The position numbers were made by a program, and so were the translations under genes. DNA of 63,445 bases, filler included, from Bipalium vagum (taxonomy: Eukaryota), in assembly GCA_037834085.1 (NCBI GenBank). It is 3 parts of 3 records of this genome, joined end to end, with 100 filler letters (N's around TTAATTAATTAA, not from the genome) between each part and the next. Parts side by side here need not be neighbours in the genome. Positions count along the whole stretch, not along the records: positions 26,682 to 47,511 come from JBBMKC010246007.1; positions 47,612 to 63,445 come from JBBMKC010143298.1; 1 more part is not named here. One strand, 5' to 3'. How positions within the stretch are numbered: the stretch's first letter is position 1; each line of letters opens with the position of its first letter. Below are positions 41,501 through 54,300 of this stretch, piece after piece. The notes beneath the pieces were generated by a model. It had not been told where the DNA came from. It ran no database searches and was given only the letters and a program-made list of their open reading frames with translations.

Positions 41501-44500
41501 AGCACCTTAACTTGACCAAACTATTTAAGATGGTTTGAAACTGTTGATTTACAGCAACGAAGTTCTTAAGCGACTGTTTTATGTGACATCTTCAATGTTT
41601 TTTACCAATTGCTGTTATTTGACCAAATAACAGATCATTTATCTTTTCTTTGGCAATGATACCATCCTAATTTGATAATTATAACAAATACTTCAAAGAA
41701 ATATTGTTGATTTCTTTTTATACGACTGTGCTGTTAATGTATTTTTGAAGATTGTCTTCTATCAGAATAATTATCCACATTTATTTCAAAGGAAAATAAA
41801 ACAATTAAAAACAGAACAATATATGAAAAGTCAGTTTATAAAATATATTGGAACCATTACAGACCTGCTATGAATTTCGTGTCAGATTTTTATTGCAATT
41901 CAAAGTGACTGGAACCAGTTTAGGGACTTGACCATTTCCAAATTCATCTCCATATTAAGTGGAACTTTTGTCTTGTCAACATAAAACAACATATTATTTG
42001 AAGAGTCTCATCCTAATTTTAACATGAAAATCGTTTCTGGATGATGGAATTTCAGGAGAAAAGATCTCAATCAGCTATAATTTTTTATTTTAAATACTTT
42101 GTTAAAAAAACAGATGATTTAAGAGTTGGAGATGCAAAATTATACGGTTATATAAAGTATTTCCAGTTATGTATGTAAAGGGAGTAAAATTTTCCTTTGA
42201 AAAACCTGATTATCACCTAACATTTGCGTATCAACAATTGTATCAGGCTAAGTACAGTTGGCAGTTTGGATGAAAAGTGCATTAGGAAACTTCGCTGAAA
42301 AAAAGAAAAAACCAAACACCCTTTATGATAGAAGGAACAAGGAATAAGAATATATATACCGTATACTACACACCTTACATCAAATTAATAATTATACAAT
42401 GTTTGTAAATTTTGTAATCAATAACGAGCTACTAACAGAACGTAACCAAAGGTTGGTAATATTCATTTATTATTTTCCTCTGTAAGAAAAATAAATAGTT
42501 TCCCAATGTGTTGTATATTTATCCAAAAACTGTCTTTAATAAAATCAATTTTGAACACATTAAAAAAATATATTAGTTAAAAATAACTATTTTGTTTTAC
42601 TAGACCAGCTCCATATCTAAACTGGCTTCAAGGTCCTAATAGAAAATAATTTTTTAAAAAGATATTTATCTGTTTCGTCATAATAATATAGACTAAATAA
42701 AATAGCTTAAAGTTGCGTAATGAAGTATAAATATTTTTCTAGAATCAAAAATTCCTACCATCTAATAGGAGAGATTTTTCTCCTGGTTGTCATAGAAAAA
42801 AAGATTTTTTAAATTTAATGTTATACCACATGATAAGCTTGATGAGCAATAAGAAATCTACTTAAGTTCACTATGTTTTATTATCAAATATAATATATTT
42901 TTATCAGGACCTCTGACATCCTTAAGAAAGAAAAAGATTAGTTATTAAAAAAAGAATTTAAGATCATCACAAAAATCTTAATTATGATTTTTAATTGATC
43001 ACAAAAAATATTCCTAAATATCTCAATATTTTTAAGAGCCTTTTATAAGAGACATTTTTTGTGTGTTAATTTAAGTTAAAAGGTTAAGAAAAACTCGCTT
43101 TAAGATTTTGTCAAATATCTGGGATTCCTGTGTATGTTTTTCTAAAATCATTTTATTCATTGAATAAAATTGTAGTTAAGAAATCAGAATATAATAATCA
43201 TCTAAGGTGAACATTTTAATCTCATTTCAATTTTAGAAGATATGAATTTATGAATCAATTTAATTTTTTGTTGCAACCTTAATATTAGGTTGTAAAGAAA
43301 CAAATGGCGATTTTTAACATTGAACTTCAAATGAACAAATCTTAAACAGCTTAAACAAAAATTTATTTATCAAATTAAAAACCATTACATACTGTACACA
43401 TTTCTCCCAACGAGCCACAAGCTTATTTTTCCCGATTCGATAAAATCTAGAGTTCTAGATGTTACAAAATCTTCAAAGGCTTTAATGACAGCATCATCAT
43501 TGAGAAAGATTCTTTCACTGAAGAACTTGTCCAAATGTTTGAAGAAATAATAATCAGTATGCAACAAGTCTGGTGAGTCGGCTGAGTGAAGAAGAATTTC
43601 AATATCAAGCTGTACGGTAGATTGCGTGACGTGAGTCTGGTGTTATCATGTAGAAGCAGTGGGCCTTTTCTATTGGCCAAAGCTGAATAGATGCACTTCA
43701 GTTTTTGATACATTTCTTCAATTTCCACACAATACTTACCTCATTTCAAGAATCAAGAAATTTTAGATAATTTTTCTTTATTAAAATTTTTTGTTGACTT
43801 ACCTATTTAAAAGATTTTGCTTTAAGATATGAACAAATTTATACTAAAAAAAACAAAATTTTATTTAAAAATTCATAATGCAAAAATGAAGTCATAAAAG
43901 CCGCCATTAGTTTCTTTACAACTTAATATAAAGTGATTATAGTGTAGCTGAAATCCAGTACGACTTAACTATCAGTAAAACAGTTTTTAAATTTTTCTTC
44001 AATGGAAAAAAATTATTAAAATTTGAATTTACTGAAATTAAATTCGTTAAACTGACTTATTAAAAGATTATATTAAATTTCGGAAATTCTATTTCTAAGA
44101 AAAATATTTATTTAATATATTTAAATAATTATAATATATATTGCTGAGTTCCAAAATCGGATATTTAGTTTATATACTCCTTGAATTATAAAATAAATTA
44201 TGAAGTATTTATTTCTCTAATCTCCACATTCATGATTTTCCTGTTTATATTATATATTTAAAGCAATTTTTGTTAGTTTGGGTGCTGCTTATTACCTTTT
44301 TAATATTTTTAGCTGTTTTTAAGCCTTAACATTCCTACAAATGCTCAAGCAAAAATTGTGGGGATGTCTCAAAGTATCATAAGTCATGTAAGCAATCAGA
44401 TGCCTTCTAGCAACTTTTTACAGGTGATGTGGTATATTTTCTCGGATTATTTAACATCAAATTTTAATTAGGATATTTCCAAAGAAGTTGAGAAAAATCT

Positions 44501-45965
44501 TACTCCTAGACAATGCCAAGTTATCGATATTGCGTTGGATACAATAAAGACATATTTTCATGCTGGAGGAATTGGTCTGAAAAAGAGTTATCTTGATAAA
44601 AGTCCAGAATTACAGTCTCTGAGATATGCTTTATCACTTTATACACAGACCACAGACGCTTTGATAAAGAATTTTGTTAGCACTCAAACTTCACAAGGTT
44701 GGATCAACATTGATTTATTACTCTAAATTATATACTAATTGAAAGAGAAAATAGATTTTTATTTAATTAAATTTGATTGTAATTTAGACAAGCCAGCGGT
44801 AGAAGAACAAGTTGGTGAGGTATCGATTCAAGTAGATATCATGAAACATCCTAGTAGTGGTGAATATAAAGTCAATGTAAAAGGTTGCTCATACCTTTTC
44901 TATAATTATTTTGCTTATTTCAATATTAATTTTAGTTGTGGCAGCAAATGAATTAAAATGGAACACCACGAATATGTTTAGACCATTTATAGAAGTTGTA
45001 TTAATTGGGCCCTCTTTAAAAGACAAAAAGAGAAAGTTTGCTACCAAGTCCAAATCTAATAATTGGTCTCCAAAATTTAACGAAACATTTACATTGTAAG
45101 TTTCAGACGATTATTATTGAAACATAGAATCTTTGATACTTTCGTTTACTTCGAAATTCAATTGCTGTGAACTGTTTTACAATTTGGTGATCTGATATCT
45201 GCCCTTGACGAAAGACGTTTGTCAAATAGAAATAAAATATTTTTTTTTAACTTTAAATCACACAAATCTTCTCAAACTCTTCGGAAATCTGGAAACTTTG
45301 GGCTCTTCTTCTTCATCCTCCATTATTAAAATATCTGTATTAACTATGAGTTGCTTAGGAATCATTTCAATTCATTTGACGCTTGTTAGGGTTGAGTGTG
45401 TTCCGGTCTTTTATAATAATAATATATTTCAAAGTTCTGCAAATATAGATTTATGAGATCACCTCAGAGATATATGAAGACTAAAGAAAATAGAGACCAA
45501 TATATTAATAAATATACTATGAAAACAAATGAGATTATTTTAATATCAAATTGGAAAGAAAATTCTTTTTATAAGTATAAAATCACAGAATGATCACTGT
45601 ATTTATTTTCTTTAATGCATGCAATAATGATATTTTTATTCATTTTTAACTGTTCAAATTGATTTTCCATCCCTTGCAGCCTTATAAATGCAAACGAGGA
45701 TCCAGAATGTTACGAATTGCATATTTGCGCCAAAGACTACTGCTTTGGTCGAACAGATTCTTTGATCGGCTTAACCGTACTACAATTGCGAGATGTACTC
45801 AGCCAATCTTGCTGTGCGTGTTGGTGTAGCCTTGGGAAAAAGCTTCATATGGATGACACGGGATGTACGATTCTCCGAATCCTCAGTCAGCGTACTAATG
45901 ATGAAGTAGCCAGAGAATTCGTTAGATTAAAATCAGAATTCCGTAGCCAAGAACCGAGTTCTTAG
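26773..45965 (+). CDS. unc-13: UNC-13/Munc13 vesicle-priming protein, 5'-partial (MUN + C2C); exons 26773-26870, 27680-27830, 27876-27944, 30998-31087, 32234-32359, 32444-32574, 34388-34600, 34647-34887, 38586-38885 (or 38888), 40964-41107, 41154-41225, 44313-44423, 44472-44697, 44788-44883, 44936-45095, 45680-45965
   Basis: Phase-consistent GT-AG splicing gives [130 protein letters not shown] and [21 protein letters not shown], colinear with Munc13. Confidence 0.96.
28459..29601 (+). mobile_element. Near full-length mariner element (pseudogenised) in an unc-13 intron
   Basis: TA-flanked TIRs (CGTGGTGA..AAAGACCCGG / CCGGGTCTTTTTTGGCGTCACCACG); [48 protein letters not shown] with stops. Confidence 0.92.
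29700..30082 (+). mobile_element. Mariner fragment
   Basis: WVPRVLT motif and a decayed RLVTxDEKW; TIR-like end ...GATCTAATA. Confidence 0.6.
31540..32110 (+). mobile_element. Mariner fragment (3' half)
   Basis: [32 protein letters not shown]. Confidence 0.7.
33840..34300 (+). mobile_element. Mariner fragment (3' half)
   Basis: [17 protein letters not shown] at about 33993-34045. Confidence 0.75.
35546..35583. repeat. (TA)n microsatellite
   Basis: Perfect dinucleotide run. Confidence 0.9.
43285..43926 (-). mobile_element. Internally deleted mariner with ~32-bp TIRs and TA duplication
   Basis: TA-TTAGGTTGTAAAGAAACAAATGGCGATTTTTA ... TAAAAGCCGCCATTAGTTTCTTTACAACTTAA-TA; [15 protein letters not shown] and [11 protein letters not shown]. 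Confidence 0.9.
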
Positions 45966-47511
45966 CATCAATAATTTTACCAAGCCAATGTGATGAATTT
46001 TTTGATGCAATTTTTTATACAACAAACATCAGTTTTTTCTACCAAAATTCCTCTTTTATTAGAATTTTATTAAATAAATATCTTTTTATTTTTTATGTTT
46101 ATGTATATTTGATTGTTTAATTTGGCTTTGTTTTATGTTGCCATCGGTTCAGAGATTTTTTGAAATGATGAATTAGATCTGCGTTATTACCTTTATTATT
46201 TAATTTTCAGAATCAAACGATGTAATTTTAAACTTCATTTTTATCGTAATTTTGGAAATAGAAATTATTAAAATGGTTCTCGTCATTCATTTTTAACGCC
46301 CGTGAGAGATGTTTTTGGGATCCGTTAATAATAATTCAGTAATTTACATGTTTGGTAAAAATTAATGAGAATCAATTTAAACAAATTTTGTAAAGATGTT
46401 TGTTTTAATTTCAAATTAATTTTAGAAAATGTGATATAATTTTTATTTATTGAAATTGTAAAGCTGTAAAAATATCTAGAAGTGAATTTGGAAAAATTAT
46501 GATTAAAAAAGTTAAAGAAAGATTGATGGGATTAAGTTTAAAGTTTGAAGTCAAAATTTTCCGAAACAAAGAAAAGGTATAACCCAAACTGGTTGATTTG
46601 ATTTATTGATTTGTTTAATGAGCAAAGGATACCTGAGAAATGTATGTATCTAGTTCTTTTGAAGGATAATCCATACTTTAAATGCCACCATTAAAATTTA
46701 ACAAAGGAGACTCCTTTCAATTTAAATCGAATAATAAGACTGATAAATTTATTCACTACAGTACCAGCGGTTGAGTTAATCCAAACCTTCTGCGTTTTAT
46801 TCTAAGGTAACTAATATATTCTTAATATATATTATCGATATAATACTACCGTGTTTGTTTAATTTATAACTTGATAGACAATGTGGATTTTATTAGGTGT
46901 TATTAAGTGAAATGCATATTCCTTTAAAATATTTCGACTTAACTAATTGGAGGAATCCTTGACTGAGATGGAAATTGTGGTTGATATATTTAATCTAAAT
47001 TATGAAGGAAATGAAGGAAAATTATGAAATGTTAGGCAAAACTCGGGCAAATAAATTTTGAGAATCATGGAGAAGCGTCTGCATCGATATTTCGTATGTC
47101 AGAGCCAAGAAGAAACGCTGCTCAATATTTTTGTACAGAAGGAAACTATCTAGTTACTCATTAAAACTCCATAACTATAGTCCAGACTATATTCAAAAAG
47201 GGTAGTAGGGAAGATTTGATAAGTTATTGAGTGGACGTGGGGTAATTTATCATATCTGACCCCTAATCACACTAATTACAAAGACTAAAAGAAAAATATT
47301 TGTTTTCAATTTTTTGTTATACTGTTAAGTCTCTTAAATTAGAGCAAAGACTAAGAGCTTAACGGTTAGAAGGTTGACTTTACGTGTTCGATTATGTGAA
47401 GTTAAAATAACTAAAATAACAAATTTAACTTTTTAAAGTTTTATTGAAACTACAAAATACTTTTTTACAAGTTTGAGAGTGATTGTTTTTACTACAATCC
47501 TCTTCAAGAAA

Positions 47512-47611
47512 NNNNNNNNNNNNNNNNNNNNNNNNNNNNNNNNNNNNNNNNNNNNTTAATTAATTAANNNNNNNNNNNNNNNNNNNNNNNNNNNNNNNNN
47601 NNNNNNNNNNN
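47512..47611. other. Artificial contig spacer N44-TTAATTAATTAA-N44
   Basis: Identical to the first spacer. Confidence 0.97.
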
Positions 47612-47689
47612 TCTAAATAAACTTTTTTAAAACAATAAATCCTTATGAAAATGATCTATTTGTATTATATTTAAAAATTCAAGTACCTA

Positions 47690-47716
47690 CCTGCCTAATA
47701 CTTTTGAGCGGTAGTG
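47690..47716 (-). mobile_element. Tc1-like terminal inverted repeat end
   Basis: Minus strand reads TA-CACTACCGCTCAAAAGTATTAGGCA, resembling Tc1 TIRs; no partner end visible in this contig. Confidence 0.4.
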
Positions 47717-48347
47717 TACGTTGACATTTTTGAAATTATAATTTTAATTTAAATAAACAAAATTGAAATTAAACTTAACAAAGTTGAAATTTAATGTCAA
47801 ACCATTTTCATTGTATAATATTAAAATAAAAATAATTAAAAATACAATTCAAATTAAAATCAAAATGAGAATATTTTGTTTTTTGTCTGAAGTAGCATTT
47901 TATTTTAGAATACAGAAACATTATATTCTCAAAACATTAATTCAAAAGTGAATTATCAGAATTTAAATTAAATTTTAAAGATAATGTATTACTCAAAAAT
48001 TTCGAATATTTAGATGCACAAAGGTTTTTTCAGTCGTTTAATTCAATTATGAAAATCATGTTCCGATTCTCAATAAAAAAAGATTTTTGATTTATATTTT
48101 TCCGGTATTAAAAAACTCATTAAGTTAACAAATAACAATTATACCACTTATTTGATTTGAAGTTTAATTATTTTATCGAGTGAGAAATGTTAATTCTATC
48201 AATTTAATTTATTAATAAGAACACTAAAATGTTTGAAAAGGTTTAATCATAAGTACTCAAATTTCTAACCTTAATAAATATATTGGTGCAAAAATAAATA
48301 AAAATAAAGTTAGTAATTGGAAATGGATAAAAATGAATAAAATCTAC

Positions 48348-51300
48348 CGATATAGTTAGCACCCCACTCTTGAGCCATTTCTTCGTTTTCTTGAAAATTC
48401 CCAATATCTTTCAATAAACTTATTTCTATGTAAGCTTGTTCAACATAATTACGCTTATTTTTAATGATCTTTATGGCAACAAATTCTCCAGATTTCAAAT
48501 CTTTAGCCCGAACTACCTTTTAAAAAAAATAAAAAATTACAACTCTTTCTTCGTCATGCACAATATATATATAAGATTAACAAAAAATTTGAAATTACCA
48601 AAAATAATGAGATTTCTAATTTTTAAAAATACATTCTGAATTTCAACCATCACTGTGTGTTTTGTATACTTATTGATTAATAAGTTTAAATGTATCAAGT
48701 TTTCAATAAAAGATTTAAACAATTAATATAAGCATAATTTTATAAATAATAAGATCTCTATTTTATATAATTTGAAGGATTTATATTTACAGAGTTTGGC
48801 AAGTTTTTGAAAAAAGCTATTAAAATGATTTTTCCAATAAGTGAAATTCGCAAAGTTCGAATTAAATGATAAATCAGCATAATAAAATGAACAAATATAA
48901 TTCCAAATCAAACTGCAAAATTTTTAAAATCACATCAATTTTTAGTCATAGATCGATTGTTGAACTTGAGTTTCACAACACATTTTACAATATTTTCGCC
49001 AAATGTATATCATATTAGACAGTAAGATTTTTCTTTTCCATTGTTTTCTACAATTGCCCTAGTTTGCTCCAAGATCGACGGAAACTATTTCATGATCGAA
49101 AAACTATACTTTTAGACATTGATTTGATTAATTTCGATTTCTTAATTCTAGAGATGCAGAATTATGTGCATAATGTTTCAAGTCTTAACACACTTATTTG
49201 AAATAATTTACTCTATCGCCATTTGTGCACATAAATAAAAATTTAATAATTATATGTTTATATATTCATACACGTCTTTTTATATTATAATTCTTACCAA
49301 TACTTAATAAAAAGATATTTTCCAACAATTACCAATAATTCAGGTCTTACCCAGAGTAATTTGCAAACCATTACATATTTTCAAGTTGATTAGTGATTAA
49401 GAATTCATTGTGGCAATAGATTTTTTTAAAATATGCGTTTAAGCATAATAGTGCTTTCTTTGTATTAAAGTCTGATAATTTTTATATTTTGTTTAATTAC
49501 AACTCAACAGAACAAAGATTAACTAAAAGATTATTTAACTAAAGAATTTTATCATATTTTTCATAATTTGGTTTAAATTTTAAATCGATTAGCATTACTT
49601 TGACTATAAACGTACTTCTGTACTTAAAAATCTCAATTATATAATCGAGAAAAGTTCTCGTTTAAAAAATGTGACCGTAGGAATAATAATTTTTTTAAAA
49701 CTTAGACATCAATAAAATCAAGCAAATCTAAATTAGAATTTTGCAAATCATTTATAACATGAGTATTATGAGAAATGATAAAAGAATTATTGAAGAACAA
49801 TTTTATTTAATAAATTTTATGTAATAATTTTAATTTTTTAATCTTTTTGTCTATATTATTTTATGTAACTATAAATATATTATTAATTATTAATTTTAAT
49901 ATTAATATATCATAAAATGGATATTAAATTTTTTTTAAATATACAAAAATGTAAAAATAATTTTCTAAGTAAATTTTTAAAAATATTAGAAATTTTTAGC
50001 TTTATATAATCTAACCTGACCGAAAGATCCTGTTCCAATTAATTTTTCAATACTATATTGACTTTTCCAAATTTCACCAGGTTTTATTAAATATTCGTAA
50101 CTTCCCGCGTCTCTCGATGAAATTACAGTATTCATATTTGACTGAGGTACATTTCCTAAAATAATGGGAAAATATATTTTAAACTAATCTGTCTAAAACT
50201 CTAGAAATAATTGATTAAAATAGTGGAACAAACTATTCTGCATTATATATTTATTTTTGATTATTTTATATTAAATAAGAATTTACATTAAAAAAAAATT
50301 ATTAATAATAAAGTTGACTTTAATATATCCATATTTTTTCATAAATAACAAATAAATATTATAATCATAATAGTATAATAATAATAAAATTGAACAAAAA
50401 TTATCATTTTTATTTTTGCGAGTAAATTTCTTTCAATAAAAGATATTTTAAGAATATTTTTACCGGCCAATATAAAATTTTCGAGTATAGGAACTTTAGA
50501 ATCGACATTAGTCTGAGATGCAATTTCTGATTTTTTGTTTTCATAGGAAGTGTCAGAGTTTTTAACTTGTGAAGCACAATCACCACTAAATAATCTCTGA
50601 TTAGATTTATTTAAATCACTGCTATCATCATTTCCACTGTTTCTTTTGCGATCTTTTTTCAGAAAACTTTCGTCTGTTGGTTCTTTAAGTCGTCTTTTTT
50701 TACGATAATATATCTGAAAAAAGTGTAACATGTAATCGCAAGATCAACTTTATTAACATTAAAAGTTATTATTATCTATAAAATTTACACATTATTATTT
50801 ACAATTATTTTTTAAAATTTATTTAATAAATATTTTAGTTTTATAAACTTTAATAATAAATTTTTTAGCTAATTATTTAAAAAAATATCGACCATTAAAC
50901 ATAAAATTGCCTTTACAAATTATAATTACTTTCACATTTAATAAGAATATTTTAGACAATAGGAAATCAAGAACCATACAGTAATAAATCAATGTTTAAG
51001 TTATTTAACATTTATTAAAAGCATAAATGCTTCAAAGACAGGTTTAATTGATTAAATAATTAAGGCAATATCAAAAATTAACTAAGAAAATCATCAAAAT
51101 TTTAACTTCATCTGGTTAGACAAATTAATTATATAATTGACCCGATAAAAAAAGTAGTTATAAAATGAATAATTAAGTCATATTTTAATTCATAATTATT
51201 GTAAAATAAAAAATTAAACAAATATTTAATTTTATTAATTTTCATAAAAATTTTAATATTTTATGTAATAAAATATTTATTTTCTATTTAAACTTGATTT

Positions 51301-54300
51301 CAGTTTTACGAATTTCAAAAAAATAATTACTTCATTAATATTTTTATAGGTTTTTATCAGATCAACAGACATTTTTACAATATGGTGAGTGTTGGAACAC
51401 CGAGGATTGTTTATTCTTACTACATCAGTTTCTATTGATAAATTAGTTAACTTCTGATTAGCAGTGGTTTTTTGATTTATCGCAACCTGTGGCTTATTGC
51501 CTATCGTCTTTGAAGAAGAGCTTTGGAGTGTTGAAGACAGGCCGTGAGACACATTAAAATTTTGTTGAGCACTTGAACCAAAAGTATTTACATAAAGCTT
51601 GCTAATGCCAGTATTTGCTTGACAATAACTAAAATCCGGATAGTGATAATATGATCCCGAAATATCTTCTTCGAGATTTTTCTCGCCCTTGGAACTATGA
51701 TAATTAGAAATTAGTGAGGACAGAGATTCAGACACCCGATTGGGGGAGCCCATTTGCTCCTCAGAAGAAACATTTGTAATATCCATGGGCTCATTAACAT
51801 TTCCAAGATTGGCGTAAATGGATTTCTCTGAGGACGTTTCTGGTGCAATGGTGATAGAGGATAAGATCGATTTCGATAAGGAATCAGTATGGTGAAGACC
51901 TAATAGGCCTTTGCGCTTTTCAATCTGATTTAGTTGATCAGCCGTTACTAAATGTCCATAAACCGGAACATTAGTTCCACACATTGTCTGTTCTTGAGCT
52001 AAATTTAATAAAAAAATTCAATAATAATAATTAAACTTAAGCATAAAGCTTATTTTAGAAAAATATATTTTTTGAAATCTAAAGGAAAAATAGTCTTAAA
52101 ACCCATTGTAAAAAATCTGAATTTTAGGGTATTCTCCTTATTAATTCTTAAGTGAAAATGCATTTCATGTTTTTTATAAATTATAAATATATATATATAT
52201 ATATTCATTAATTATTTCCAACTGTAATATATTAGAGAATTATTTTTTCTCGATTTCATCTGATACATTTTTAAAAAGTGTACACTGTCTATTTATCAAT
52301 TGCTGAAATCAGAAAAAGTTCTAACAATATAAAAATAAAAATTATCGATCTGAATCAACAAAAACCTAAAGTAAAAATTATAAACCTTTCGGATTCAGAT
52401 CATAATGTCCACTTTCAGAAATCCATTCTTAGTCGTAAAAATACAACAAAACCAGGTTTTTAAAACTTCTTATAAATAGTTCTTCTTCACTACACATTGA
52501 AAAGACGCCAGTTATAAAAGTATCTATTCAATCAAAACGTTACGTAACACGTGAATCCCCCTCCAATTAAATCTTCAGCCATTCAATTCTCTTCAGTTTA
52601 ATTCCTCCTGGACCTGTCAATTCAAATTGATGAGGGGATAGGAAGTTTGTGATCTTGTATGAACCTTCAAATTGGAAATCATACTTCTTTTTATTTTGCG
52701 GCTCTTTTAGTAGCAATACTTCTCCAATTGAAAACTCACATTGACCTCTGATAACCATTTCGAAATTCTTCATTTTATCGGCTGCAACGTCTAAATTTCT
52801 TCGAGCTTCTCTGATGATCTTTGTATCTGGATAGGTTTGATCACGCTGCCAGAATGAAGATATATATATATATATATATATGCTGTACTGCATATTAGAA
52901 TATCATCTAAATATACTAGTACGTTACTGGCAGCAAACTGTCAAGCAATTCGTGCTTAGTTTCTGAAAGGTGCCGTGGTCAGTTCGAAAGGCATCCAGTT
53001 GAAGCAAAATTAGCCTTGTTTGGTGCTAAATGCTGTAATTGAATTGATTTAGCATTATCCGTCAATTCCACCTGGTAATTGAATGGCCCAGATCTATTGA
53101 CGAAAAATATTTCGAATCAGCCAAGCAATCCAGCAGCATTTGCATTTCCGCGGCATTGGGAATGTGTATTTTTCTATTATGACGTTTACACGTCTGAAAT
53201 ACACACAAAATCGGATATTCCCATCCTTCTTTCCAAATGACACCCGCATCTAAAAGTTGCGTAACCATCTGATCAACTTTAGGTTCAAGATGCATTGCTT
53301 ATCTTCGTGGTGCCTGTGCAATAGGTTGGCAGGTGACGATTATGCCTGTTGTGCCAATATTAAATGGATTGGTCATGAATATTTTCCCATATCGTAATAA
53401 CATATTAAACACAAAGGCGCACTGGTTTATTGATTGAATGCCATTATTATTTGATTTCCCCTATCTATGTCAGATATTTTCTTAATCAAATCTGATGACT
53501 CAATATTATTTACCACACACAATTGAATTCCAAAATTCTTCATAATATCGACACTTCCAAAAAAGAAGACCTACAGCTTCTTCACGACAATAATATCAAC
53601 ATCGATCCTTTCCCTTCGAAAAGATATTTGCTTTGAAGTGGTCTTTCTCCTCCAGTCAAAAAAGACGCCACTCAAAAATATTTTTCTTTCCACTAAAAGT
53701 GGATTCCGAAGTGTGTTCCAACAATTTTTGTTCATCACAGTAACTGAGGCTTCGGAATCCCACAACATTTTGATCGTCATGCCTCTTACCTTCATCCAAC
53801 TTCACTGTCCTGGTTTTTTTCCTTATCTGATTCATAAACATCGTCTGGGTTTCGAGAATCATCTTCTACTCCGTCATGAATGCACCTTGGATCTTCGTGG
53901 AATTCTTGGATTTTAAATTACATCGGGCAGGAACAGAAAAGGTTTCCATCTTTTCCATAAATCAGGTATTTGTTTTTTAGTGAACAGTGCATTCGCACAT
54001 GATCTTCACCACCGCAACAAAAACATTGATTCGACCGCAGATATTTATCTCTGGTCATAGTTATAAAAGTATCCATTCAAACAAAACACAATTACATAAC
54101 ACGTAACTTAAATAAAAAAGAGTTAAATTGTTCATGAAAATATAATAATAAATTATAAGCCTTTCAAATTTTAATTCTCAAACTTATTTTTATCCATATA
54201 TTTGCAATTATTTAAAGATTTTTTTGAAAATCAACGTAATTATTATTAAAATAAAATCGAATGTTTCTTATATCTTTAATTTATATCTGTAACTGAATAA

